Below, in pieces: positions 20,450 through 30,051 of a stretch of DNA of 64,000 nt. The notes beneath the pieces were generated by a model. That model did not search any database, was not told the origin of the DNA, and saw nothing but the letters and a program-made list of their open reading frames with translations. This DNA comes from Aeromicrobium sp. (lineage in GTDB: Bacteria > Actinomycetota > Actinomycetes > Propionibacteriales > Nocardioidaceae), in NCBI RefSeq assembly GCF_036675695.1, contig NZ_JAKFEL010000110.1:839-64838 (forward strand), given 5' to 3'. Both the position numbers and the translations under genes were made by a program. Each line of letters opens with the position of its first letter. Position 1 is the stretch's first letter.

Positions 20450-22075
20450 GTGCCCACTATCCTCAGCGATCGCTACCGCCTTGACGCCGTCATCGGCACC
20501 GGCGGCATGGGCGCGGTGTGGCGAGCTCACGACCAGCTGCTCAATCGCGAGGTCGCCGTCAAGGTCATTCGAGACCATCTCGCCGACGATGAGTCGATCC
20601 GCGAACGCCTCCGCACCGAGGCTCACCTGGCTGGCTCGTTGCACCACCAGAACATCGTCGACGTCTACGACTATGGCGAGCATCCCGACGGGCACGGCCG
20701 AACGACGCCCTACCTGGTGATGCCGCTGGTCGACGGCGTCTCGCTGTCCGCGATGCTCAAGTCACGGGTGGCACTGCCGGTCGGCGAGACAATGTCGATC
20801 ATCGGCGAGATGGCGAGTGCGCTTGCCGCGGCCCACGAGGCCGGCATCGTCCACCGCGACCTCAAGCCAGGCAACGTCCTGCTCACGCCGTCGGGCCGGG
20901 TGATGATCCTCGACTTCGGCATCGCCCGATCGACGGGTGGCGAGTCGCTGACCGCAACGGGCGCGCTCATCGGAACTGCCGACTACCTCAGCCCAGAACA
21001 GGCGTCCGGACGTCAGGCCACATACGAATCGGACCTGTACGCGCTCGGGGTCGTTGCCTACACCTGTCTCACCGGCGCTCCCCCGTTCCATCGCGAGACC
21101 GACGTCGCCACGGCCCTCGCGCACATCCAGGCTCCGATTCCCGAGCTGCCGCAGGAGATCTTGGCCTCGGGCATCGGTCCGCTCATCGAGAGCTTGCTCG
21201 CCAAAGAACCCGGTCATCGACCGTCCGCGAGCGAGGTTGCGGCGATTGCAGGCGAAATGGCGACCACGGTGCCGACCGAAGTGGACAGGGCCACTGATCC
21301 CGATGCGACACAACCGGACGGGGTCGCAGCGACTGCAGGCATGGCCGCGGCCGTTGCCTCGACCCAGACGGACCCGATACCGGTGGCCGCGGCGGGAGGG
21401 GCGGGAGTGGCCGCCGCGACCGTTGCAACCGAAGAGGTGCTCCCAGAGCGCCATCGCTCGAGGCGCACCGTCCTGATCAGCTCCGCCTTGCTCGCGATCG
21501 CCGCAGTCGTGTTCGCACTGATGAATCCGTTTGGAGCGAACACGGTCGAGGTACCGGACGTACGCAAGATGACGAGCGTTGAAGCGGCGTCAACACTGGC
21601 GGGCAAGGGACTGAAGGTGACGACGCATGACGTTGACGCTGCGGGCTACAAGACCGGCGTGGTCGTGACTCAGTCACCCGATCCTGGGTCTGACGTGGAC
21701 GAGAACAGCGTGGTGGACCTCGGCATCGCCACCGGACTCGTCAAGATCCCCAAGAACCTGGTCGGCAAGTCATATGAGGATGCCGCGAAGATCTTGGACA
21801 AGCTCGGACTCGAGCCGCAGCGCAACGACCAGCCATCCGGTGAACCCGTGGGCACGGTCACCGCTGTGGATCCCTCCACGCGTGCGGAGCCGGGCACCAA
21901 TGTCGTTCTCACCGTCTCAACTGGGTCTGGCAGCACAGGTTCGGGCAAGGACGAGGACAAGGACAAGAAGAAGGACGACGACAACAACAACGACCCAGCC
22001 CCTGAACCGACGGCACCAGCAACCACCGAACCGACCGAGCCGCCCGTCGAGGAAGAACCGGTGTCGGAGGGGTGA
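20450..22075 (+). CDS. Ser/Thr protein kinase with TM and two PASTA domains (kinase 2)
   Basis: GTG start 20450 (PTILSDRYRL); same kinase motifs as kinase 1; Pro/Glu/Thr-rich tail. Confidence 0.92.
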   Translation: MPTILSDRYRLDAVIGTGGMGAVWRAHDQLLNREVAVKVIRDHLADDESIRERLRTEAHLAGSLHHQNIVDVYDYGEHPDGHGRTTPYLVMPLVDGVSLSAMLKSRVALPVGETMSIIGEMASALAAAHEAGIVHRDLKPGNVLLTPSGRVMILDFGIARSTGGESLTATGALIGTADYLSPEQASGRQATYESDLYALGVVAYTCLTGAPPFHRETDVATALAHIQAPIPELPQEILASGIGPLIESLLAKEPGHRPSASEVAAIAGEMATTVPTEVDRATDPDATQPDGVAATAGMAAAVASTQTDPIPVAAAGGAGVAAATVATEEVLPERHRSRRTVLISSALLAIAAVVFALMNPFGANTVEVPDVRKMTSVEAASTLAGKGLKVTTHDVDAAGYKTGVVVTQSPDPGSDVDENSVVDLGIATGLVKIPKNLVGKSYEDAAKILDKLGLEPQRNDQPSGEPVGTVTAVDPSTRAEPGTNVVLTVSTGSGSTGSGKDEDKDKKKDDDNNNDPAPEPTAPATTEPTEPPVEEEPVSEG

Positions 22076-22076
22076 C

Positions 22077-22859
22077 CTACGCGTTCACTGTGGTGGTCTC
22101 GCCGGGATCAAGCCAGGTGATCGCGGTCTCCGCGGTGGCGAGCACGTCTTCGGCGTCGCCTCGGCCCTGCTGGAAATGTGACCATCCCTCGTAGTGCACG
22201 GGGATAACCGTGGCTGGCTTGATGAGGTCGATCAGTTCGACGCCTTCCGTGGCGTCCATCGTGTAGCGGAACCAGCCAGACAGATAGCGGAACCGCACCG
22301 AGCCCAGATGCAACAGCATCGTGCCGACCTTGAGGCGCTTCGCGACGTCGCGAAGCCCGCCGTACAGCACTGTGTCGCCAGTGACCCAGAGCTCGCCATG
22401 CTCCTGGCCTTCCCACCTGAGTGAGAAGCCGACGACCGGGCCGGTGATCGGGTCGCTGCCAACCGGGCCGTGACGGCATGGGGTCGCGGTGATCGTGATG
22501 CTCAGCTTGCCGGGCGCCTCAAGGGTTGTCGTCTCCCACGCGGCGAGTCCCACGGTGTTGCCGCCGAGCTTCTTGGCGCCCTTCTTGGTCGTGTAGGTCG
22601 TGCCCCACGTCGGCAGCAGCGCCTCGGCGCTCGGGTCGAGGTTGTCGCCGTGATGGTGGTGGCTGACGAGGACGGCGTCGATCGGGCCAAGATCCTTGGC
22701 CAGGACCGACGGTCCGACCAGCTTGCGCGACATCGTGCCCCAACCGAAGAAGTAGCGCTTGCCGGGCGGGTCGAAGGTCGGGTCGGTCAGGATGCGCCAT
22801 CCGCCGACCTCGATGAGCGCAGTCGGGCCGCCGATGTGCGTGATCGTGACGTCAGTCAT
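22077..22859 (-). CDS. MBL-fold metallo-hydrolase
   Basis: ILTDPTFD, VSHHHHGDNLD, TGDT, IPVHYEGWSHF. Confidence 0.82.
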   Translation of the reverse strand: MTDVTITHIGGPTALIEVGGWRILTDPTFDPPGKRYFFGWGTMSRKLVGPSVLAKDLGPIDAVLVSHHHHGDNLDPSAEALLPTWGTTYTTKKGAKKLGGNTVGLAAWETTTLEAPGKLSITITATPCRHGPVGSDPITGPVVGFSLRWEGQEHGELWVTGDTVLYGGLRDVAKRLKVGTMLLHLGSVRFRYLSGWFRYTMDATEGVELIDLIKPATVIPVHYEGWSHFQQGRGDAEDVLATAETAITWLDPGETTTVNA

Positions 22860-22880
22860 TCCGGAGAACCTACGCGAGAA

Positions 22881-23837
22881 TCATGGCGTTTGCAGTGATT
22901 TCGCGACCTGTTCAACCACCGGTGGTTCGGCCGGAGCAGCCGGCGCCGGATTCCTGCGTTCGGACGATATGACGAGGGCGACAGCCGCGACGACGATCGC
23001 ACCACCGGCCACGATCGGCCAGGTGATCTTCTCGTCGAGGATCAGCCAACCGAGGAACACCGCGATGACCGGATTGACGTATGCGTAGGTCGCGACAAGC
23101 GAGATCGGTGCGTTGGCGACGAGCCACACGTATGCGGTGAAGGCGACGACCGAGCCGAAGATGACCAGGTAGGACAAGGCCCACCACGTCTTGGCCGGGT
23201 AGTCGAAGGTCATCGTCTCCCCCACCGACAGACCGAGCGCGACCATCATCGCGCCGCCGAAGATCATCTCCCAGACTGCGACAACGAAGGGGTTGGCCGG
23301 CAGCCAGAGCCGTGGCTGGACGTACGAGCCGAGCGCCCAGCAGGACGCGGCGAACAGCACGATCAGGGCTGGGCCCAGAGCGAAGTCGCCCGCTCCGCGT
23401 CCGAACAACACGAGCAGAGCAAGTCCGGCGAAACCGAGCAGCACGCCCGCGATGGTCTGGGTGTTGGGCAGATCGCGTTCGATCGCACGGAAGATCACGA
23501 TGATCAGGGGCGCCACGGCGATTAGTAGTGCCGTGAATCCGGAGGTTGCACCCTTGTCCTCGGCGACCGACACGAGTCCGTTGCCGAGCAACGGTAGGCA
23601 CAATCCAAGGAAGGCCGTACCGGCGATCTGCCGCCGGGTCAGCGCGAGAAACTTGAATCCTCGGCGTATGGCGAAGAAGGCACCGAGCAGTAGGCCGGCC
23701 GTCGCGAACCGCAGGCCCATCGAGGTCATCGGTGGTGCGTCTTCGACGACAACGCGAATGCCGAGGTAGGTCGAGCCCCATACGACGTAGACGATTGCGA
23801 GAGCGACAGCGACCAACCCGGTACGTGGAGCGGCCAC
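22881..23837 (-). CDS. EamA/DMT family transporter
   Basis: VYVVWGSTYLGIR, YAYVNPVIAVFLG; two EamA repeats. Confidence 0.88.
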   Translation of the reverse strand: MAAPRTGLVAVALAIVYVVWGSTYLGIRVVVEDAPPMTSMGLRFATAGLLLGAFFAIRRGFKFLALTRRQIAGTAFLGLCLPLLGNGLVSVAEDKGATSGFTALLIAVAPLIIVIFRAIERDLPNTQTIAGVLLGFAGLALLVLFGRGAGDFALGPALIVLFAASCWALGSYVQPRLWLPANPFVVAVWEMIFGGAMMVALGLSVGETMTFDYPAKTWWALSYLVIFGSVVAFTAYVWLVANAPISLVATYAYVNPVIAVFLGWLILDEKITWPIVAGGAIVVAAVALVISSERRNPAPAAPAEPPVVEQVAKSLQTP

Positions 23838-23939
23838 GGCGTCACAGTCCTCTCGTTGACTGACGCAAGCCTAGGGTCCGGGTCGGACAGGTGTCGTGCG
23901 GGATTTCGGCCACCTCAGCACGAGATTCGGCCACGTGCG

Positions 23940-25046
23940 TCAGGAGATGCGCAAGGCCTTCAGGACCAGGTCGGCGAACGCCGAGAACGACAGCTGTTCC
24001 GGGGTGTTGGGGCGCGATCCCATACGTACGGCGACGAGACCCTCGGACGGGATCACCATGACGTACTCGCTGCCGTATCCGAGCGCCCAGAACGTGTCCT
24101 CCGGTGCCTTGGGTGCGAGCTGCCCCTTGTAGGGCGGCTTGTCGCTCGGGAACCCGGCGGCGCGGTCGATCGTGACGATGCGGCCGGGCTTGTTGACCCA
24201 CCAGAGCAGTCCGTATGCGGCGTTGAGCTGCGACGATGACTCGTTGGTGGCTTCGGCGACGAACGAGTCTGAGACGAGCTGCTCGCCCTTCCAGGCACCG
24301 CTTCGCATCATCAGGTAGCCGATGCGGGCGAGATCGCGACAGGACGAGTCGATGCCTGAGTACGTCGTGGTGTTGCCGGCGTTGTCGTGCGCCCAGGTGG
24401 TGTCGCGCATGCCGATCGGATCGAGAAGCCGCTTCTTGGCGTACGCGGCGACATCCTGTCCGGTGGCCTTCTCCAGCACTGCCTCTAGGGTCTGCACGGC
24501 CGAGTTGTTGTAGTCCCACTTGGTGCCGGGTCGGCTGTCCTGGCCGAGTCCGATCGAGAAGGCCGTCTTGTCCGGTGCTCGGCGGATCATCTGGCTGTAG
24601 TCGGTGTTGTAGTCCCAGTGCCGGCCCGAGGTGTTGGAGAGCAGGTCTCGGATCGTGACGTTCCGCGCGGCGGTGCGTCGCCATTCGGGAATGTACTTCG
24701 ATGCCTTGTCATCGAGCGCCAGCTTGCCCTCGTCGGCGGCGATGCCCACAAGGATCGCAGTGACGGACTTGGTGATCGAGTACGCAGGCCGCGTCGAGCC
24801 TTCGCCCGTGCTGTGCAAAAGACGCCCGTCCTTGACGACCGCAAAGCATGTGGTGCGAGCAGCGGCGAGCTCACGATCGACCCTCGCGAAGTCACCCTGT
24901 TCGGCAACAGCCCAGTCCTTGCCCGGGTAGATGAACGTCGGCGTGGGAGTCTGCGTCTGCGTAGTCGGCTCAGCAACCGGCTTCTCAGGCTCACTCGAGC
25001 AAGCCGCCAGCAAGACAAGAGCAACCACAGCAGCGACAGCACGCAT
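23940..25046 (-). CDS. Lipoprotein serine hydrolase, beta-lactamase/PBP-like family (copy 2)
   Basis: LAAC lipobox, SITK, YNN, LDDKASKYIPEW shared with copy 1; ATG 25046. Confidence 0.85.
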   Translation of the reverse strand: MRAVAAVVALVLLAACSSEPEKPVAEPTTQTQTPTPTFIYPGKDWAVAEQGDFARVDRELAAARTTCFAVVKDGRLLHSTGEGSTRPAYSITKSVTAILVGIAADEGKLALDDKASKYIPEWRRTAARNVTIRDLLSNTSGRHWDYNTDYSQMIRRAPDKTAFSIGLGQDSRPGTKWDYNNSAVQTLEAVLEKATGQDVAAYAKKRLLDPIGMRDTTWAHDNAGNTTTYSGIDSSCRDLARIGYLMMRSGAWKGEQLVSDSFVAEATNESSSQLNAAYGLLWWVNKPGRIVTIDRAAGFPSDKPPYKGQLAPKAPEDTFWALGYGSEYVMVIPSEGLVAVRMGSRPNTPEQLSFSAFADLVLKALRIS

Positions 25047-25058
25047 GGGCCGACCGTA

Positions 25059-25330
25059 TCTCGCTGGTTGAGTAGGAGGCCGCCCGCGGCCGACGTATCG
25101 AAACCACGCAACACAACAGGCTCGCTCAAGCATCTCGACTCACCAGGTTTCGATACGCCCTCGTCCCCAGGGCTACTCAACCACCGAGATGCCACCGTCT
25201 CGCTGGTTGAGTAGGAGGCCGCCCGCGGCCGACGTATCGAAACCAAGCAACACAACCGGCTCGCTCAAGCATCTCGACTCACCAGGTTTCGATACGCCCT
25301 CGTCCCCCAGGGCTACTCAACCTCCGAGAT
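25059..25330. repeat. REP-like array R3: four alternating units, a 139-bp tandem duplication
   Basis: A-fwd, 40-nt linker, B-rev, linker, A-fwd, linker, B-rev; TCTCGCTGGTTGAGTAG starts at 25059 and at 25198. Confidence 0.92.
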
Positions 25331-25417
25331 GTCCGCCGCCTGCCCAGCGGTTGCGGGCCTCTGACCTTCGGGCAACACTGGCGACAACCCAGTGCCCCCC
25401 ACATACAGGAGTCGACC

Positions 25418-26812
25418 GTGGATCCCATCGATCCGGCATACGGAACATCGACGTTGATGATCATCGCGGCACTTGCGGTGGCTCTCTTGCTGTTCCTCAT
25501 CATCAAGGTCCGCCTGCACGCATTCATCTCGCTCGTCCTCGTCAGTGTCGTGACGGCCGTCGCCGCGGGAATCCCACTCGTAGACGTCCCGGCCGCATTG
25601 ACATCCGGGTTCGGCAGCACGCTCGCGTCTGTGGCTCTGTTGGTTGGTTTCGGAGTCATGATCGGACGCTTGTTGGAGGTGACCGGCGGCGCCCAAGTCC
25701 TCGCCGACACCCTGGTCGGACGGTTCGGAGAGAAACGTGCACCGTTCGCGCTCGGCGTGGCCGCACTGATCTTCGGTTTCCCGATCTTCTTCGACGCCGG
25801 ACTGGTGGTGTTCCTGCCGATCATCCTGACGGTGGCTCGGCGATTCGGCGGCTCGGTGCTCTATTACGCACTCCCTGCGGCCGGCGCGTTTGCTGCCATG
25901 CACGCCCTCGTCCCGCCCCATCCCGGACCGGTCGCAGCCGGCACGGTCCTCGGTGGTGACATCGGCATCATTCTGCTTGTCAACCTGCCCATTGCACTTC
26001 TGGCCTGGTACGTCGGTGTCTTCCTTGTGTCGCGTTTTCTCGGCTCGAAGTTCGATGTCCCCGTGCCCGACATGCTGTTCGGCGAGGTCAACGGAGGCTC
26101 GAACGGTTCGGACACCGCGACCAAGACGATTGCCCCCAGCTTTGCCACCGTGATCAGCCTGTTGGCGATTCCGCTCGTTCTGATCTCGTTCAACACGGTC
26201 CTCACCACGCTGATCGCGGGCGGATCGATCGACGAGGGCAACTCAGTCGTCGATTTCCTCATCCTGCTCGGCAACACACCGATCGCGCTGCTCATCACGC
26301 TGCTGGCGGCAATCGCGGTGCTTGGCACGCGCGACCGTACTCTCAACGAGACGACGGAACTGCTCGACAAGTCGCTCGGACCGATCTGCTCGATCATCCT
26401 CATCACTGGTGCAGGCGGCATGTTCGGCGGTGTCCTGCGCGCCAGCGGCATCGGCGAGGCGCTGACCTCATCGCTGTCCGATCTGGGCATACCGCTGCTG
26501 CTCCAGGCGTTCCTGATCGCCACCGCGCTACGCGTCGCACAGGGCTCGGCCACGGTGGCGCTGACCACGGCGGCCGGTCTGATCGCATCTCAGGCTGACG
26601 GACTCGGCGACCTGCGTATCGCCCTGCTGGTCACCGCGATCGCTGCCGGCGCGACGGCGCTCTCCCATGTCAACGACTCGGGTTTTTGGCTCGTCAGCCG
26701 TTTCTTCGGCATGGATGAGAAGACGACGCTGAAGACGTGGACCGTGATGGAGACGACCCTCGGGCTCTCGGCATTCGCAATCGCCGCGGTGCTCTGGCCG
26801 ATCGCCGGTTGA
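25418..26812 (+). CDS. GntP family gluconate:H+ symporter
   Basis: KVRLHAFISL, PPHPGP, RVAQGSATVA, SHVNDSGFW. Confidence 0.92.
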   Translation: MDPIDPAYGTSTLMIIAALAVALLLFLIIKVRLHAFISLVLVSVVTAVAAGIPLVDVPAALTSGFGSTLASVALLVGFGVMIGRLLEVTGGAQVLADTLVGRFGEKRAPFALGVAALIFGFPIFFDAGLVVFLPIILTVARRFGGSVLYYALPAAGAFAAMHALVPPHPGPVAAGTVLGGDIGIILLVNLPIALLAWYVGVFLVSRFLGSKFDVPVPDMLFGEVNGGSNGSDTATKTIAPSFATVISLLAIPLVLISFNTVLTTLIAGGSIDEGNSVVDFLILLGNTPIALLITLLAAIAVLGTRDRTLNETTELLDKSLGPICSIILITGAGGMFGGVLRASGIGEALTSSLSDLGIPLLLQAFLIATALRVAQGSATVALTTAAGLIASQADGLGDLRIALLVTAIAAGATALSHVNDSGFWLVSRFFGMDEKTTLKTWTVMETTLGLSAFAIAAVLWPIAG

Positions 26813-27348
26813 CGGTGGGCTCTACAGCGAATGAGTCTGGCGCAGCGGCCGCCCGACAGATCGTCGTGATGGGTGTCTCGGGCACCGGCAAGAGCGTGAT
26901 CGGCACGGCACTCGCCGAACGACTTGGCTTCGTGTTCATTGAGGGAGACTCCTTCCACCCGGAGTCGAACATCCAGAAGATGTCGGCGGGTACGCCGCTG
27001 AACGACGAGGATCGGCAACCGTGGCTCGAGCTGTTGGCAGCCAAGCTCGCCGCCAACCGCTCCGCAGGAAACGGGTCCGTACTTGCGTGCTCGGCCCTCA
27101 AGCGCGCCTACCGCGACACCCTGCGTCGAGGTGCGAGCGATGCGTACTTCCTGCACCTCGACCTGCCGTTCGACGTCCTGCGCGAACGGATGGAGAAGCG
27201 AGAGCACTTCATGCCGTCCTCGTTGCTTCAGTCGCAGTTCGACACCCTCGAACCGCTCGAGAGCGATGAGCGTGGGCACGTCCTCGACTTTGACGCTCCG
27301 ATCCCCGAGGTCATCGAAGCGGCAGCCACCGCAGTGCTCGAAAGCTGA
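26809..27348 (+). CDS. gntK: Gluconokinase
   Basis: VMGVSGTGKS Walker A, EGDSFHP..NI.KM..G.PL.DEDR.PWL, HFMPSSLLQSQF; start uncertain (TTG 26809). Confidence 0.9.
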   Translation: MTVGSTANESGAAAARQIVVMGVSGTGKSVIGTALAERLGFVFIEGDSFHPESNIQKMSAGTPLNDEDRQPWLELLAAKLAANRSAGNGSVLACSALKRAYRDTLRRGASDAYFLHLDLPFDVLRERMEKREHFMPSSLLQSQFDTLEPLESDERGHVLDFDAPIPEVIEAAATAVLES

Positions 27349-27372
27349 TCTGGCCAGCTCGCCACCATCTCC

Positions 27373-27421
27373 GCTGGTTGAGTAGGAGGCCGCCCGCGGC
27401 CGACGTATCGAAACCCCGTGA
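27373..27421. repeat. REP-like single A unit R4
   Basis: GCTGGTTGAGTAG-GAGGCCGCCCGCGGCCGA-CGTATCGAAACC-CCGTGA. Confidence 0.9.
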
Positions 27422-27474
27422 GATGAAGACCTGCCCGTTTTGGATGGTTTGGGCGCGTGTTGGACAATGGAGGG

Positions 27475-30051
27475 ATGCCCACATCGACTGATCTGCGCCT
27501 AATGCTGCGCTATCCGGTCGATTTCGAGGTCGCCGAAGATCCGGCAGAGTCGCGCTTCGTCTTTCATGGTCCAGACGGCGAACATCGCGCCACTGCGAGC
27601 GAGTCGATCGGACCGCTGAGCCAGGGCATTCGTGCCATGTCGGCGCACGCTTCGGTACGCGCGTGGGCGACGCCCGCGATCCTCGCGCTACGCATCATGG
27701 CCAAGGGCAATCTCGGCTCCCCCGAGGCCTCCGAGCTCACCCAGCTCCAGCAAGCCGCCACCGCGATCCCGAGCGGCGGCGCGAAGGTCAAGGCATTCCT
27801 CCAGGCTCTCGCCGTCGATGCTCCAGCGGCTGCGTCGACCCCGCAGCGGCAGGCGTACGTCTCCCCGCGCGCAGCGCAGCCTCGAGAGCGCGAGCGCCTG
27901 TTCTCGTACATCTTCGAAGTCACGTTCTTGTACGAGCCCGAAGAGCAGCTGATCGCCGAGATCGAGCTTCGCATCAAGCCTCGGGACAGCTCATTCGGCG
28001 CTGCGCGTGCCAGGGACGTATGGGCACAGGACAACCACCACCTCGGCCCCGGCGTACGCCAGTCGACCCGCACGATGCTCACCCGCACCGGCGACACCTG
28101 GCCGCCCGCGGCACGTCTGCTCGCGGACATCTCGAAGGGCACGGTCCGCGTCACCGCCGACGAGCTCGCGCTGCTCGGCGACGGTCGTACGGTTTCGCAT
28201 CTGATGGCGGCGCACATCGACGTACGGTGGCCGCCCGATCTCGTACGCACCTTTGAGACCAAGGCTGTCGTCGGACGCCAGGAGGCTCCCGGTTCGGAGC
28301 GAGCCAAGGCGTTCGCCGCCGATCAGCTGTTCGACTTCAAGTGGCAGGTCGCGCTCGGCGACAAGACGCTGACCCAGACCGAGCTCGACCAGCTCGCGAC
28401 GTCGCAGACCGGACTGCTCAAGCTGCGCGATCAGTGGGTGTTCGTCGACCCACGCCGCCTGCAGCGCGTCCTCGAGCGCGGCACCCGCACCATCACCCCC
28501 GGCGAAGCACTGCGCGCTGCCGTCTCGGGCACACTCGTGGTCGACGGGCTCAGCACCGAGGTCGACACGGTCGGGTGGCTCGAAGACCTGCGTCGCAAGC
28601 TCGCCACTCAGGACCGCGACATCATGCCCGCCGTGCAGCCGCACGAACTGGACGGCACGCTGCGCGAGTACCAGCTCCAAGGCCTGCAGTGGATGACGCA
28701 GCTGGTCGACCTCGGACTCGGCGGGATCCTCGCCGACGACATGGGTCTCGGCAAGACCGTCATGCTGATCGCCCTGCATCTGCAGCGCGCGCGTACGACG
28801 ACAGCTCCGACGCTGGTCGTCGCCCCCGCCTCCGTGCTCGGCAACTGGGAACGCGAGATCAAGCGCTTCGCACCAGGCGTCAACGTACGGCGCTATCACG
28901 GTGCCAGCCGCCGCCTCGACGGCGTGAAGGACGGCTTCGTGGTGACGACGTACGCGACGATGCGTGCGGACGCCGACTTCCTGCGCTTCCATCAGCCCGG
29001 CTGGGGTCTGGTCGTCGCCGATGAGGCGCAGAACGTCAAGAATCCGCGCGCCCGTACGGCACAGGCGCTGCGTACGATCCCCGCCGAGGCGCGGCTCGCG
29101 CTGACCGGTACGCCGGTCGAGAACAATCTCTCCGAGCTCTGGGCGATCCTCGACTGGACTACGCCGGGACTGCTGGGCACATACGAGCAGTTCCGCGTGC
29201 AGTGGTCGCGGCCGATCGAGGCTCGACGCGACAAAGCCAAGGCCGCGGGTCTGTCGCAGCTGATCCGCCCGTTCGTGCTGCGTCGCCGCAAGTCAGACCC
29301 CGGCATCGCGCCCGAGCTGCCGCCCAAGATCGAGACGGATCACACGGTCAACCTCACGCGTGAGCAGGTCGGCCTGTACGAAGCGGTCGTCCGCAACACA
29401 CTCGCCGAGATCGAGGCGGCGGTCGGCATTCAGCGCCGTGGTCTCGTGGTCAAGCTGCTCACCCAGCTCAAGCAGATCTGCAACCACCCGGCGCACTTCC
29501 TTCGCCAGTCGGACGGTCGCCTGCCCGCTCGTTCAGGCAAGCTCACCGTCTTCGATGAGCTGGTCGAGGAGATCGTCGCCGAGGATGGCGCGGTGCTGGT
29601 GTTCACCCAGTACGCCCAGATGGGCCGGCTCCTGTCGCGGCACCTGGACGAGAAGAAGATCAAGAGCCAGTTCCTGCACGGCGGCACCACGATCAAGGCG
29701 CGCGAGAAGATGGTGCACAAGTTCCAGGGTGGCGAGGTGCCGGTCTTCGTGCTGTCGCTCAAGGCCGCCGGTGTCGGTCTCAACCTCACGAAGGCCGATC
29801 ACGTGATCCACTTCGACCGCTGGTGGAACCCGGCCGTCGAGGACCAGGCCACGGATCGCGCTCACCGCATCGGCCAGACCAAGAACGTGCAGGTCCACCG
29901 CCTGATCAGCGAAGGCACGATCGAGGAGTCGATCGACGAGCTCATCCGGTCCAAGCGGTCGCTGGCTGACGCCGTGGTCAACGGCGGCGAGGGCGCGTTG
30001 ACGGAGCTGTCAGATGCCGAGCTCGCCAAGCTCGTGAAGCTGCGCCACTAG
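27475..30051 (+). CDS. SNF2/SWI2 family helicase/ATPase
   Basis: LADDMGLGKT, VADEAQNVKN, LTGTPVENN, LKQICNHP, LSLKAAGVGLNLT, QATDRAHRIGQ. Confidence 0.93.
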   Translation: MPTSTDLRLMLRYPVDFEVAEDPAESRFVFHGPDGEHRATASESIGPLSQGIRAMSAHASVRAWATPAILALRIMAKGNLGSPEASELTQLQQAATAIPSGGAKVKAFLQALAVDAPAAASTPQRQAYVSPRAAQPRERERLFSYIFEVTFLYEPEEQLIAEIELRIKPRDSSFGAARARDVWAQDNHHLGPGVRQSTRTMLTRTGDTWPPAARLLADISKGTVRVTADELALLGDGRTVSHLMAAHIDVRWPPDLVRTFETKAVVGRQEAPGSERAKAFAADQLFDFKWQVALGDKTLTQTELDQLATSQTGLLKLRDQWVFVDPRRLQRVLERGTRTITPGEALRAAVSGTLVVDGLSTEVDTVGWLEDLRRKLATQDRDIMPAVQPHELDGTLREYQLQGLQWMTQLVDLGLGGILADDMGLGKTVMLIALHLQRARTTTAPTLVVAPASVLGNWEREIKRFAPGVNVRRYHGASRRLDGVKDGFVVTTYATMRADADFLRFHQPGWGLVVADEAQNVKNPRARTAQALRTIPAEARLALTGTPVENNLSELWAILDWTTPGLLGTYEQFRVQWSRPIEARRDKAKAAGLSQLIRPFVLRRRKSDPGIAPELPPKIETDHTVNLTREQVGLYEAVVRNTLAEIEAAVGIQRRGLVVKLLTQLKQICNHPAHFLRQSDGRLPARSGKLTVFDELVEEIVAEDGAVLVFTQYAQMGRLLSRHLDEKKIKSQFLHGGTTIKAREKMVHKFQGGEVPVFVLSLKAAGVGLNLTKADHVIHFDRWWNPAVEDQATDRAHRIGQTKNVQVHRLISEGTIEESIDELIRSKRSLADAVVNGGEGALTELSDAELAKLVKLRH

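Noticed and set aside
25059-25330. Possible mini CRISPR array (repeats with intervening sequence)
   Set aside because: Units alternate in orientation, the linkers are duplicated rather than unique, and there are no cas genes.
24587-25959. ORFs 24587-25255(-) and 25189-25959(+)
   Set aside because: They are translations of the repeat array and off-frame or overlapping parts of real genes.
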